Shown piece after piece: positions 1 through 10,507 of a stretch of 64,000 nucleotides of DNA. Source of the stretch: a bacterium (GTDB lineage: Bacteria > SZUA-182 > DTGQ01 > JAFGSM01); contig JBLIRN010000011.1 of NCBI GenBank assembly GCA_049472315.1, positions 14,186 through 78,185 of the forward strand. The letters are read 5' to 3'. The notes beneath the pieces were generated by a model, which saw only the letters and a list, made by a program, of their open reading frames with translations, was not told the origin of the DNA and did not search any database. Each line of letters opens with the position of its first letter. Position 1 is the stretch's first letter. The position numbers and the translations under genes are program-made.

Positions 1-1
1 C

Positions 2-934
2 ATGGACCCACCCGGCCTTGATCTTGCTGAAGACTTTAATGGCGAGAAGATTGCGAGCTATTACGAGAAACGCACCCTGCGGCCATCCGAGATAAGCAAG
101 TTCTGGTTTAATGAGTCAGGACGCTTTATCAAGGAACGGCCCGTGGCGTACATTAATCTCTTGGTGCGAAAATTGTTATACTTTTGGAATCGCTATGAGA
201 TCCCCAATGCCGAAAATATCTATTTTGCCCGGCAGTATTCACGGGTTTTGCAAATACCCCTCTTTTCATTCCTGTTTGTAGGATCATTGGGACTTGTGGG
301 AATTATGATGGCAATCACTAAGAAGATATTCAATGCCTTTGTTGTCATTCTATTTGTTTTTGCTCACATGATCGCGACGGTAATGTTTTTTGTAACGTCA
401 CGATATAGACTGCCAATTACTCCTTTTTTGATTATCTTCATGGTTTATGCGGTTTTTATGCTTGTCGATTATTGTAAAGAAAAAGACTATTCACATGGGT
501 TTATATGGGTTTCTATTGCCATTTTTGCCTTCTGTATTGTCTCCTTTCCCTGGGAGGGCCTGAATCCTTCGCATGACTACGCATCAAGTTACGGCAATAT
601 CGGTATCCTTTTTCATCGTACAGGGAACCCATACAAGGCAATCCGATATTTCGAGATGGCCATAGAATATGACCCAAGCTATATCAAATCCTACAATAAC
701 ATCGGCGGTCTCCAGTATCTTATCGGGAATCGGGAAAAGGCACATGAGTACTGGGAAAGGGGCCTGGAATTGGACCCGAACTTCCCCCTGATCCATCAGA
801 ATTTAGGAAACATGTACCTGGAACAAGGGGAAATAAAAAAGGCGATAGAGTCATTTTCGATTGCCGCAGGCCGTTTACCCTATTCCATAAAACTAAAGGA
901 ACTGCAGGGTAAATTGGGATTCAGCCCTTCATAA
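2..934 (+). CDS. C-terminal part of a multi-pass membrane protein with TPR repeats (GT-C/glycosyltransferase family 39-like); probably 5'-truncated by the window edge
   Basis: Several hydrophobic helices with the RYRLP motif, then TPR-like units (YGNIGILF..A..YFE.A...DP; YNNIG; HQNLGNMY). Confidence 0.65.
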   Translation: MDPPGLDLAEDFNGEKIASYYEKRTLRPSEISKFWFNESGRFIKERPVAYINLLVRKLLYFWNRYEIPNAENIYFARQYSRVLQIPLFSFLFVGSLGLVGIMMAITKKIFNAFVVILFVFAHMIATVMFFVTSRYRLPITPFLIIFMVYAVFMLVDYCKEKDYSHGFIWVSIAIFAFCIVSFPWEGLNPSHDYASSYGNIGILFHRTGNPYKAIRYFEMAIEYDPSYIKSYNNIGGLQYLIGNREKAHEYWERGLELDPNFPLIHQNLGNMYLEQGEIKKAIESFSIAAGRLPYSIKLKELQGKLGFSPS

Positions 935-1025
935 TCGATTGCGCGTTGCTGCTGGGTCGTGTTCATGTCAGGAGGATCAAGATCACCCAGCAAGAGGGCC
1001 ACAATCTGCTAGATCATAAGGTCTA

Positions 1026-1080
1026 TTGACTATGGAAGCAGCATGAATTATATTACGTATATGTAACGATAATACGTATA
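1026..1080 (+). promoter_or_regulatory. sigma-70 promoter and probable autoregulatory operator of the TA module
   Basis: TTGACT-N17-TATATT (1026-1054); two TACGTATA copies with palindromic TACGTA core at 1054-1061 and 1073-1080. Confidence 0.55.
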
Positions 1081-1092
1081 AGGAGGAATGAG

Positions 1093-1362
1093 ATGTCTAT
1101 TCGTATTCAGGTTATCCTCACTGAAGAGGAATTGGCACTATTTAAGCAGCAAGCAAGGAAGAAATCCAAATCCTTAAGCTCCTGGATCAGAGATGCTGCT
1201 TATAAGGCGCTACAAAAAGAAAAGCAAAAGGACTTGACTTCTCCTGCTGCGCTAAAAAAATTTTTTAGCGACAGGAAGCGCAAGGAATCGGGTAAAGAGC
1301 CTGATTGGGATGAACAGAAAAGGCTTATATTGGAAGGTTATCACCAGAGGGTTTCATCATGA
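1093..1362 (+). CDS. vapB: Antitoxin, CopG/ribbon-helix-helix-like
   Basis: 89 aa, N-terminal RIQV.L.EEE...SLS.WIR pattern; AGGAGG RBS; ATGA overlap with a PIN toxin. Confidence 0.7.
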   Translation: MSIRIQVILTEEELALFKQQARKKSKSLSSWIRDAAYKALQKEKQKDLTSPAALKKFFSDRKRKESGKEPDWDEQKRLILEGYHQRVSS

Positions 1363-1760
1363 TCTTTGTGGATACCAACGTTTTTATGTATGCCGTGGGA
1401 AGGGAGCATCCGCTGCGTCAAGAGGCTCAAGATTTTTTCATTCAGTCCAGGAAGTCCAAGGAATCACTTGTCAGTTCTGCTGAAGTGGCTCAAGAGCTTC
1501 TCCATGCATATTTACCTGTAGGACGGATAGAAACACTCGATGCAGCAATGGAAATATTCTATTTTGGTCTGGATCATATATTCGACATCACAATCGAGGA
1601 TGTGCGTCATGCCCGTAATCTGGTCGAGATCCTTCCAACCCTGACTGCAAGGGATCTACTGCACCTCTCTATTTGTCAGAGGAATAAGATTACCAAGATA
1701 AAAACATACGATCAGGCACTAAGGAGTGCCTTCCCCAAAAATAGCAGGGGAAAAAAATAA
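1359..1760 (+). CDS. vapC: PIN-domain ribonuclease toxin
   Basis: MIFVDTNVFMYA start, EV.QE, D.LH and T.D acidic PIN motifs. Confidence 0.88.
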   Translation: MIFVDTNVFMYAVGREHPLRQEAQDFFIQSRKSKESLVSSAEVAQELLHAYLPVGRIETLDAAMEIFYFGLDHIFDITIEDVRHARNLVEILPTLTARDLLHLSICQRNKITKIKTYDQALRSAFPKNSRGKK

Positions 1761-1848
1761 AGAAATTGCAGGGAGAAGTCCCACCGGGAGATCCGGGACA
1801 AAGGCGTCATGCTTGTCTGATATGACGAAGACCGAAATCCGGAGCCCC

Positions 1849-4500
1849 CTAAATGAGCGCGTGGAGTTTATGCACGAGATCCTCGTACTCCTTCCCGGAA
1901 AAGCAGTAGCGTAACTCAAGGAATCCCCTGCGAAGCGCCTTGACCTTGTCGGCGACCCGCGAATTCTTTACCACCACGTCACGGATCAGTCCGGCAAGGG
2001 TCCGGAATCCCTCCCTGTCCATGCCGAAGCGGGTCATCTCGGCCACTCCCATGCGCAGGGAGCCCGAGGCGGTGAATCCCTCCTCGTCGGGTGCCGCCTG
2101 GTAATTGCAGATGATGTTGCTCTCCTCGAGCCGCCGGGCGATTTCGGGGCCGTGACCGTACCCCACGTTCACCACCACCTGGTGGGTCTCGGTGAAGTCG
2201 ATCCCCGGGTCTCCCGCCACATCCAGCCCCTCCTCCTTGAGAGCGCGGGCGAATGCCTTGGCATTGGCGACAACCCTTGACTGGTATTCATCCTTGAAAT
2301 GGTTCATCTCGTATGCGGCCATGAGCAGCCCGAGCAGGGTGCCCAGATGGTGGTTGGAGACCGATCCGGGGAACGCCCTTCTCGTGATCGCCTCCCAGAG
2401 ATCATACCGCTCATCCTCTTCCCTGAAGCGGCTACCGATGACCCCGCGCTGGGTGCCGAAGAAGGTCTTGTGGGTGGAGCCGGTGACGATGTCGGCGCCT
2501 TCGGCGAATGGCTGCTGGAAATGGGGGCCGATGAGCCCGAGCACGTGAGCCATGTCATACATGATCACCGCATCGATCCCCTGTGAATCAAGGAATGCGC
2601 GGATTTCCGCGACCGGTTCCTTGTGCAGGACCATGCTCTTGCCGAATATGATCAGCTCAGGCCGGTATGCATCGATCAGCGCGAGTGTTGCCGGAACATC
2701 CATTTTATAGGGATTCCCCTCGAGCATGGGGAAATTGACAACAGCCGGCCGCTCGGTGTGCGGGTCCCTCGCCACGAAGTCCTTCAGCGCACCCATGGGC
2801 TGGGCGCTCAGGTGTCCGCCCTTGCCGATGTGGTTGTTCATAACCTGCCGTATGCGCCTTGGCTCACTCTTCCGGTCGGCCCGGTTTATGTAGTCCACCA
2901 TGGCGCTGAACATGGCGGCGTTCGCCATCTGCCCGCTGACGAGGCGCGTCTCCACCTCCTCACACCCCATGAACCTTCTTAACTCCGCATCGAGCAGCCG
3001 TTCCACCTCGCCGATGAAGTCGGTGCCCTGGTAGTAGAATATCTCCGCATCGTAGAACGCCTTTGCCTTCTTGTGCTCTGCATAACGGAATGCCGGGTCC
3101 ATCACGGAAAGCAGCCGTGTCATCGGAGAGAGCGTCATCTCCGAGGGTATGAGGTTGATGCACTCACGCTGGCGCCAGAGCGTATTTGCGGCGCTCTCCC
3201 GGAGGAGCCTGCGCACCTTACCGGAGATATCACCCGGGGAAGGCGTTTTATCTTCAAGTTGATGATCATGGAGGATCGGCCTGGTATAGGGCGGGGCGTC
3301 GCTGCGCATATGGTGGGGCACCACCACCGCATCGACCATCTTCCCCCGGATCTCCACGGTAAGCCGCTCATCGTCCAGGATGTCGCTGTCGATGTATCCG
3401 ATGCAGATCGAGCGAAGCTGGTGGGTGTCGGTTTGAAACGACTCGAGGCCCTCACCCTCCACACGCCACAAGGGGACCATGGTGCCGCTGGTCACGTACC
3501 CGGCCTGACGTTCCCCCTTGAACACTTTCGTCCCTTCACGGGCCACACCCCTTCCTGCAACCGCAATATTCCGGATCAACCGGGGAAGGTCGTGGATGAG
3601 GGAATAGTCCCGGGAAAGAAATCGTGCAAGTGCCTCGTGTTGTTTTAAAAGGGGTTCGCGGCCCACAAACTCCCCCTTCAGGGGCGAGAAGCTCACGGCG
3701 AATTTCGACAGGGGACAGGCCATGATGGGAATTTCCTTGCCATCCGGATCGATCCCGAGTTCGTGGCCATACAGGGGGAGTCCAGCCTCCAGGCGGAGGG
3801 TGTCACGCGCTCCCAACCCTACCGGGCTCGCCCCCTTTGAAAGGATCAAATCCCAGATCCCGGGTGCGTCATTTCTGTCGATGAAGAATTCAAAACAGAC
3901 CGGCTCTCCGGTGTATCCGGTGCGTGCGACCTTCACGGTTGCGCCGGCAATGGTGAGGATGCTCACCGTGTTTCTGGCCGGCTCGGGGACAGGACCCGAC
4001 TCCACAACCTCCTCCAGTATCCAACGGGAAAGAGGTCCCTGCAGGGAGATCATGGCAATATCCTCGGACCGGTCGATCATCTCCACGTCATTGAATCCCT
4101 TCAGTTGGGCCTGCATGTGTTTCCAATCCTTCTCCCGGTTTGCCGCGTTCACCACCAGAAGGTATTCCTCCTCCACGAATCGATACAGGTAGGCGTCATC
4201 CACAGCACCCCCCGTTTCATTGGGAATCAGGGTGTACTGGGCCCCGGTCTCCCTGATGTTGAGTGCCTCGGCATTATTGGTCAGAACGTGTTGGAGGAAT
4301 CGCAATGCCCCTGAGCCTCGAACGATGAAACGACCCATATGGGATACATCGAAAAGGCCCACACCCTTGCGTGTAGCCAGATGTTCCTGCACAATGCCGG
4401 TGGGATAAAATATGGGCATCTCCCATCCGCAGAAATCCACGATGTTGGCGCCCAAAGATACATGACGATCGTAGAAAACGGTCCTTTTCAGTGTACTCAT
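1849..4500 (-). CDS. gcvT-glyA: Fusion of glycine cleavage aminomethyltransferase (T protein) and serine hydroxymethyltransferase
   Basis: N-half: GWEMP, FDVSHMG, RTGYTGE, GLGARDTLRLEAG; C-half: NLIPSE, GGHLS, YDMAH, STHKT (PLP lysine). Confidence 0.92.
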   Translation of the reverse strand: MSTLKRTVFYDRHVSLGANIVDFCGWEMPIFYPTGIVQEHLATRKGVGLFDVSHMGRFIVRGSGALRFLQHVLTNNAEALNIRETGAQYTLIPNETGGAVDDAYLYRFVEEEYLLVVNAANREKDWKHMQAQLKGFNDVEMIDRSEDIAMISLQGPLSRWILEEVVESGPVPEPARNTVSILTIAGATVKVARTGYTGEPVCFEFFIDRNDAPGIWDLILSKGASPVGLGARDTLRLEAGLPLYGHELGIDPDGKEIPIMACPLSKFAVSFSPLKGEFVGREPLLKQHEALARFLSRDYSLIHDLPRLIRNIAVAGRGVAREGTKVFKGERQAGYVTSGTMVPLWRVEGEGLESFQTDTHQLRSICIGYIDSDILDDERLTVEIRGKMVDAVVVPHHMRSDAPPYTRPILHDHQLEDKTPSPGDISGKVRRLLRESAANTLWRQRECINLIPSEMTLSPMTRLLSVMDPAFRYAEHKKAKAFYDAEIFYYQGTDFIGEVERLLDAELRRFMGCEEVETRLVSGQMANAAMFSAMVDYINRADRKSEPRRIRQVMNNHIGKGGHLSAQPMGALKDFVARDPHTERPAVVNFPMLEGNPYKMDVPATLALIDAYRPELIIFGKSMVLHKEPVAEIRAFLDSQGIDAVIMYDMAHVLGLIGPHFQQPFAEGADIVTGSTHKTFFGTQRGVIGSRFREEDERYDLWEAITRRAFPGSVSNHHLGTLLGLLMAAYEMNHFKDEYQSRVVANAKAFARALKEEGLDVAGDPGIDFTETHQVVVNVGYGHGPEIARRLEESNIICNYQAAPDEEGFTASGSLRMGVAEMTRFGMDREGFRTLAGLIRDVVVKNSRVADKVKALRRGFLELRYCFSGKEYEDLVHKLHALI

Positions 4501-4708
4501 CCATGCGCTCCTTTATATCGAGTCCTGAATTAAACGATTCCGAAATAGGGGTGGAAGCTCACGAGTGGTTCATTCTTCGCGAACACTATACAATATCAGT
4601 ATCCGAGCGTTTCGTCAAACAAATCGGGCCATGGACGCCAATGCCGGATTCATATGGAAAGAATCCGAAAACGTGCATCATTATTGCCAATATAAGGATA
4701 TGTCATTA

Positions 4709-4737
4709 TTGCCTATTTAGGGACATGTGGATATAAT
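4709..4737 (+). promoter_or_regulatory. sigma-70 promoter of KPWWSY paralogue 1
   Basis: TTGCCT-N17-TATAAT; same arrangement upstream of paralogue 2. Confidence 0.6.
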
Positions 4738-4789
4738 TTATAGTAGACTACATAAAGATCCGGATTTCTCCTTCGTAAAGGAATATCGT

Positions 4790-7123
4790 ATGAGTGCTCG
4801 CATACAAGGCTTCATCCTTTGTTTCCTTGTTTCCTTGCTCCTTGCGATCATCCTTCCATTTTTCGCTGCCGCGCAAATCCCGATCGGATATCCCCCCATT
4901 TTCACGTGGCAAGGGAGGATTGCCGCAAAGGGACTTCCCTCTCCGGCCTGGGAAGGGATTGCTATCCGCGAAGGGGACATCCTCGTCGACGCCTTCGAAT
5001 ACTGGGAGAGCCCCTTGGAGCAGGGGTGGCAGTTCCTGGAGTCCCCCTATGCCACCTATGGGTTCGGTATGGGATTCGCCAGCGTGTTTTCCACGGCCCT
5101 TGACCTCCAGCAGGGAAACAGGGTCCTCGACGTTCAGAGGCCAGCCTCCATATTTCTTCTTTCCACCTTTTACCAGGGGGAGTCGATACGCCGCCCCCTC
5201 GTTACCCCTCCCTCCGCTATGCATCTGCAGGGGGCAGCTTGGATCAGCCTTGATGAGAACCCTGTCCTCAGCTTCGATTTCAGGGCCCCCCTGGGCATCG
5301 AGGATCGGGATTTCTTTGATCTGACCGTAACGGGTGAGGGGTGCGGAAGGAAGGTTGTCCTCAGGCTCATCTCCATGGAGCCGCCTTCCAGAGCCGGGGA
5401 AGGGATCGAGATGCACACCGCCTCAGGCATGTACCGCATCGTGCCTACGGCATCCGTTCTCCGTGAGGATCTCCTGGAAGTGAAGGTGTACCTCGGCAGG
5501 GGATTCCTGGACGGTTCCTGGCACACTATACACATTGATTGTGCGGATGCGGTGCAGAAGGCAGTGGAAGGGTGGGTCCATGACGGGTGCATGGACCGGG
5601 CGGATTCCATCGTGGTGAGCGGCCGGATGATGTTCAGGCTGGACAATATCCTTTTCAGAAGGCCGGAATATATGCATCAGGGGATGGGAATGCAGTACCC
5701 GAACCTTTTTGAGATGGGCCCCCTGTATGCACAGATCTTCGAACCCTATCGGTACCTTTTTATCGCCGACTACAAGGCAGAGCCGTTCACTGTTTACGAT
5801 GTTGATGGCCGGCCTGCAGAGGTTGCCGAAATCTGCGACCTGATGCTCAATCCCGGGAATTTCATCTTTGTCGAGGATCCCAACGATCCCAATGATCCGG
5901 TGGTGAGGTACTGGACCGATCTGGGCGCGGACCCCGACCTGTTCGGGACGGATCCCGATCCCGCCGTCAGCGACATCCTGGACAGGGACTTTATCGTTGA
6001 CCTGAACCTCCCCATCTTCGCGGATCCCAATCTCCGGCTCCAGGCATCAGGCCCCGGTTGTGTGGCGCAGTCGATCATCGACCAGGGCACCCTGGGTTGG
6101 AACGCTATTGCTATGAGAGGGCATATCCCAATAGACTGCATGGGTCCGGTGAATCCCCTTGCCATCTATCCGTACGACGGCATGCCTACCTACCTGCCGG
6201 AGTATTATGCAGCGGTCGACGCAATACGGACCTACGGCAAGCCGTTTTATCGTCCGGACCTCGTGTTCATCCTGGAAGGCGCGCTGTGGAATGCCGGTAT
6301 GACCGTGTGGCCCATGATCGCGTCATTTGACTATACCCCGATGGATTACGAGGATCTGGTCCTGGACATCGAGGTCACCGATGGGGTCCACTCGGACAGG
6401 TGCACCTTTTTCATCACTGTGGTGGACTACCGGGTTGAGAACTACCGCCCGGTTGCCCAGCTTCCCATCCAGGATCAGGTCTTCTATACAGGAGAGAAGG
6501 GGGAATACCTGGTGAATTTCATCGACCCGGACTGCTTCGTGTTCTCCCTTGCTGAGCCTGCGGCAAGCACCCATACCCCCGGATTTCCCGTATCCGGGTC
6601 ATACAGGACCGACATGGACGGAATCTTATGGAATGGGACCATTACCGGCCTTTCACCCTATACGTGGTACATGCCGTGGTGGCCAACCTTCATCGAGCCC
6701 TGCACCGGCCTGATCAGCTTCATCCCAAAAAAAGAGGCCGTCCACGATGTGGTTATCACCTGCACCGATCCACGGGGTGGGGTTGGATTTGCTGATTTCT
6801 CCATATTTGTGCTCGACAAGGGAACCGGGTCGAATCATTCCCCCGTTATCCTGGAGAGTCCCAGCCGGCCGTTGGCCATCAGGGTGGGCGAGGAACTCGT
6901 ACTCACGGCACCGGACATCCGGGTGGAGCACCCTGACGGGGACGAGGTGTATGCCTTCTGCAATATAGGCGCCTTGAGCCGCGCACCGGACGGCTCGTTC
7001 GTCTGGAAGTTCCAGAGCTACTTCCCGGGGACCTACCTGGTGGAGATCGTGTTCTACGATATCAGGGGAGGCTACGACCAGGCGGAATTCATCGTCGAGG
7101 TGAAGCCCTGGTGGAGCTACTGA
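4790..7123 (+). CDS. Exported protein of unknown function, KPWWSY family paralogue 1
   Basis: Start moved to ATG 4790 (AAGGA RBS, signal peptide ending FAAA-Q); homologous along its full length to 8050-10392 and 51073-53421. Confidence 0.85.
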   Translation: MSARIQGFILCFLVSLLLAIILPFFAAAQIPIGYPPIFTWQGRIAAKGLPSPAWEGIAIREGDILVDAFEYWESPLEQGWQFLESPYATYGFGMGFASVFSTALDLQQGNRVLDVQRPASIFLLSTFYQGESIRRPLVTPPSAMHLQGAAWISLDENPVLSFDFRAPLGIEDRDFFDLTVTGEGCGRKVVLRLISMEPPSRAGEGIEMHTASGMYRIVPTASVLREDLLEVKVYLGRGFLDGSWHTIHIDCADAVQKAVEGWVHDGCMDRADSIVVSGRMMFRLDNILFRRPEYMHQGMGMQYPNLFEMGPLYAQIFEPYRYLFIADYKAEPFTVYDVDGRPAEVAEICDLMLNPGNFIFVEDPNDPNDPVVRYWTDLGADPDLFGTDPDPAVSDILDRDFIVDLNLPIFADPNLRLQASGPGCVAQSIIDQGTLGWNAIAMRGHIPIDCMGPVNPLAIYPYDGMPTYLPEYYAAVDAIRTYGKPFYRPDLVFILEGALWNAGMTVWPMIASFDYTPMDYEDLVLDIEVTDGVHSDRCTFFITVVDYRVENYRPVAQLPIQDQVFYTGEKGEYLVNFIDPDCFVFSLAEPAASTHTPGFPVSGSYRTDMDGILWNGTITGLSPYTWYMPWWPTFIEPCTGLISFIPKKEAVHDVVITCTDPRGGVGFADFSIFVLDKGTGSNHSPVILESPSRPLAIRVGEELVLTAPDIRVEHPDGDEVYAFCNIGALSRAPDGSFVWKFQSYFPGTYLVEIVFYDIRGGYDQAEFIVEVKPWWSY

Positions 7124-7126
7124 TCC

Positions 7127-7564
7127 CTATACCCTTCCGAAATCGTCCTCGATCCGTTCGATATCATCCTCGCCGAAATATTCGCCGGTCTGGACCTCGA
7201 TGAGGGTGAGGGAATCGGCGCCGGTGTTTTCGATCCGGTGCAAGGAGCCGAGGGGGATGTCCGTGGACTGGCCATCGCTCAGGGAGAACTGACGCTCATC
7301 CAGGGTTATGCGCGCGCTTCCGTGCAGGATGTACCAGTGCTCCGCGCGTCTGCGGTGGCGCTGGAGGCTCAGCCGTTTCCCCGGGTACACCACGATCCTC
7401 TTTACCTTGTGCGTCTTATCATCGCTCAGCACCCGGTAGTATCCCCAGGGGCGGTGATCCTCCCGCTTGAATAATGAAAGGATTCGGTTGATGTAATTCT
7501 TACTATAATCTGCCATTGCGGTATATATCCAACCTTTTTTCAGGATATACCATTTATAACTCAT
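7127..7564 (-). CDS. Cupin protein, mannose-6-phosphate isomerase type II C-terminal domain-like
   Basis: RPWG, VKRI.V.PG.RLSLQ.H..R.EHW, HRIEN, IEVQTGEYFGEDDI.R.EDD motifs; start may be further downstream (MADYS). Confidence 0.88.
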   Translation of the reverse strand: MSYKWYILKKGWIYTAMADYSKNYINRILSLFKREDHRPWGYYRVLSDDKTHKVKRIVVYPGKRLSLQRHRRRAEHWYILHGSARITLDERQFSLSDGQSTDIPLGSLHRIENTGADSLTLIEVQTGEYFGEDDIERIEDDFGRV

Positions 7565-7968
7565 TTACGCTAATTTTTCAATATGTTTTTCTCGACAGTC
7601 GCTTCGTTCCCCCTCAATCCCTCCCTTCTCTCCCGTAACAATATGTGTCTGCAACGATGTAATGTCGAAAGGGGATTGCCTGGTGAGTGGCTGGATTGAG
7701 AGCTTGTCCCCTCAGCCGGATCTCGCCCACCCGGCCTCTCTTCACAAGGAAGCGGTAGTGCTGCGGTCCCCCTGCATGAATCGAAGACCCATAAATGCAT
7801 CCCCTGGATTGTCTCTCTTCTGCCTGTACCTGTACTCTTTTAAACAATGAGGCCAGTGTAACCATTGGGGCCGATATGTCTTTTCCATATAAATTTTATC
7901 TTTCCGAGGGTTATATGCACAATTCCGAAAACACACATCGTTATTGGGCATATGAGGGGATGTTGTCA

Positions 7969-7997
7969 TTGCATATCTGGGAATACATGGATATAAT
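7969..7997 (+). promoter_or_regulatory. sigma-70 promoter of KPWWSY paralogue 2
   Basis: TTGCAT-N17-TATAAT, 3260 bp from the homologous promoter of paralogue 1. Confidence 0.6.
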
Positions 7998-8049
7998 ATA
8001 TAGTAGCTTTCATAGGGGTCCGAATCCCCCCTTCGGGAAGGAATACGGT

Positions 8050-10392
8050 ATGAGCTCTGCTGTAAGAGTCTTTACCTGTACTTTTCTCGTTTTCCTGCTC
8101 CTTGTTTTTATCCTTTCATTTCCCGCTGCTGCCCGCAGCCCGGTGGGATATCCCCCGTTTTTCCAATCCATTAGTTCAAATAGTTCAAGGGGAGATGTTT
8201 CCCCAGCCTGGGAAGGGATTGTTACCGAGGAAGGGGATATCCTGGTCGATGCCTTTGAATACTGGGACGGCCCCTTGAACCAGGGGTGGCAACTCCTGGA
8301 GCCTTCGTATCCAGTCTATGGCTTCGGCCTGGGATTCGTCAATGTGTTTACAACCCTCCTTGACCTGCAGCAGGGCAGCCGGGTCCTCGACGTGCAACGG
8401 CCTGCATCCATCTTTCTTTTTTCCACCTTCTCAGGGGGGAAATCGATACGCCGCTCCCTGTTTACCCCACCATCCCCGGCGAATCCGGCAGGAGAACCGG
8501 GGATCAGCCTTGCGGAAAACGGGATCCTCAGCTTCGATTTCAGGGCCCCCCTGGGCATCGATGTCTGGGACATCTTTGAGCTTGCCGTGACGGGGAGGGG
8601 GTGTGGAAGGGACGTAACCCTCAGGATCATCCCATTGCAGCCCCCTTCAGACGCCGGTGAAGGGGTCGAGATAGAAACTGCCACCGGCAGGTATCGTATC
8701 TCGCCGAAGGTATCCGTTGCCCGTGAGGACCTCCTGGAGATAGATGTCTACCTTGGCAGGGGGTTTCTGGACGGTTCCTGGCATACCATCCGGATCGATT
8801 GCACGGACGCGGTTGAGGATGCAGTGGCAGGGGCGGGGCTGGATCCCGGCGAATGGTGCATGAATCGCGCGGATTCCATCGTGGTGAGCGGCCAGATGAT
8901 GTTCAGGCTGGACAATATCGTCTTCAAAAGCTCGGAATATGTTTGTCAGGGAATCCGGTATCCGAACTTCTTTGAGATGGGACCTCTGTATGCCGAGGCA
9001 TTTGTACCCCACCGGTTCCTCTTGATCGCCGACTACAAGGCAGATGCGGTCACCGTTTACGATGATGAGGGTCTGCCGGCAGAGGTTTCCGAAATCTGTG
9101 ACCTGATGCTCAATCCGGGGAATTTTCTTTTTATCCAGGACCCCGACGACCCGAACGATCCGCTGGTGCGATACTGGACCGGCCTTGGCGCGGATCCCAA
9201 TCTCTTCGGTACGAATGATCCGAACATGGCCGCACTCTTCGGCAGGTCCCAATTCGTGGTGGACCTCATGCTCCCCGTCTTCGCGGATTTGAATATGCGC
9301 ATGACCCCTCAAGGCCCGGGTCCCTCGGCGCAGTCGATCATCGACCAAGGGACACTGAGTTGGAATACCAGCGTTGATTGGTCCAGCGTAACTGGGATTG
9401 AAACCTTTGAGCTTAACCCCCTTGCCATTGATCCCTATGACGGAATGCCCACCTACCTCCCGGAATACTACGATACCGTGGAGCTCATAAAGGTCTACTA
9501 TGGAAAGCCGTTCTATCGCCCCGATTTGGTGTTCATACTGGAGGCTGCATTGTGGAACGCGGGATTCAGGGTGTGGCCCATGATCGTTACCCTCGACTAT
9601 GAATCGCAGGCCATAGAGGAACTGATCGTGACCATCGAGGTCACCGACGGCATTCACTCGGATGTAAGCACCTTTCCCATCAACGCAGTCAACTACCCGA
9701 TGGCGAACTATCCCCCTGTTCGCCAGGTTCCTGTTGAGGACCAGCTCTTCTATGTAGGGGAGAAAGCGGAATGCCAGGTGAATTTCATCGACCCCGACTG
9801 CTTCATCTTCTCAACGGCCGAGCCTTACGACGTGCGTCACCCCCCCGGATTCCCCGTATGCTCATCCTTCAGGACCGACATGGATGGGCTCTATTGGGGT
9901 GGGTATATCAGCGGATTTCCAATGAACACATATTGCTATGGACCAGTGCGCGAGAGCTTCATCGACCCGTGCAGCGGCCTGATCAGCTTTGTCCCGAAGT
10001 ACGAAACCATCGACAATGTGATTGTCACTTGCACCGATGCAAGGGGTGGAACCGGCTTCAGTGAATTCAGCATGTTTGTATTCAGCAGGGGCACCTGGCT
10101 GAACCATCCCCCCATCGTCATGGGGAGGCCGAGCGAGCCGATGGTGGTCCGGTCGGGGGAGGAACTCGTACTCAGGGCACCGGAGATCCGAGTCGAGGAC
10201 GCCGACGAGGACGAGGTGTACGCCTCATGCAATATAGGCACCTGCGGACACGCCCCGGACGGGTCGTTCATCTGGAAATTTCAGAGCGAATTTCCCGGTA
10301 CCTACCTGGTGGAGATCGTGTTCTACGATATACGGGGAGGCTACACCCGGACGGAATTCGTCCTTGAAGTGAAGCCCTGGTGGAGCTACTGA
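8050..10392 (+). CDS. Exported protein of unknown function, KPWWSY family paralogue 2
   Basis: Start ATG 8050 by homology with paralogue 1; signal peptide ending PAAA-R; ends VKPWWSY. Confidence 0.85.
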   Translation: MSSAVRVFTCTFLVFLLLVFILSFPAAARSPVGYPPFFQSISSNSSRGDVSPAWEGIVTEEGDILVDAFEYWDGPLNQGWQLLEPSYPVYGFGLGFVNVFTTLLDLQQGSRVLDVQRPASIFLFSTFSGGKSIRRSLFTPPSPANPAGEPGISLAENGILSFDFRAPLGIDVWDIFELAVTGRGCGRDVTLRIIPLQPPSDAGEGVEIETATGRYRISPKVSVAREDLLEIDVYLGRGFLDGSWHTIRIDCTDAVEDAVAGAGLDPGEWCMNRADSIVVSGQMMFRLDNIVFKSSEYVCQGIRYPNFFEMGPLYAEAFVPHRFLLIADYKADAVTVYDDEGLPAEVSEICDLMLNPGNFLFIQDPDDPNDPLVRYWTGLGADPNLFGTNDPNMAALFGRSQFVVDLMLPVFADLNMRMTPQGPGPSAQSIIDQGTLSWNTSVDWSSVTGIETFELNPLAIDPYDGMPTYLPEYYDTVELIKVYYGKPFYRPDLVFILEAALWNAGFRVWPMIVTLDYESQAIEELIVTIEVTDGIHSDVSTFPINAVNYPMANYPPVRQVPVEDQLFYVGEKAECQVNFIDPDCFIFSTAEPYDVRHPPGFPVCSSFRTDMDGLYWGGYISGFPMNTYCYGPVRESFIDPCSGLISFVPKYETIDNVIVTCTDARGGTGFSEFSMFVFSRGTWLNHPPIVMGRPSEPMVVRSGEELVLRAPEIRVEDADEDEVYASCNIGTCGHAPDGSFIWKFQSEFPGTYLVEIVFYDIRGGYTRTEFVLEVKPWWSY

Positions 10393-10396
10393 TCAC

Positions 10397-10507
10397 CTAT
10401 CCCCTTCCGAAATCCTCCTCGATCCATTCGAAATCGTTTTCCCCGAAATACTCCCCGGTCCGGACCTCGATAAGGGTAAGGGCATCGGCCTCGGTGTTTT
10501 CGACGCG
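10397..10507 (-). pseudogene. 3' remnant of a duplicated cupin gene
   Basis: Translates RVENTEADALTLIEVRTGEYFGENDFEWIEEDFGRG*, matching the C-terminus of 7127-7564; the 5' part is absent. Confidence 0.85.

Noticed and set aside
7795..8049. N-terminal extensions given by the ORF track (also 4727, 17970, 55282)
   Set aside because: They overlap promoters or bury signal peptides; downstream ATGs have an RBS and, where available, paralogue support
4790..10392. Diversity-generating retroelement acting on the KPWWSY paralogues
   Set aside because: No reverse transcriptase in the window; differences span whole genes and are not adenine-specific
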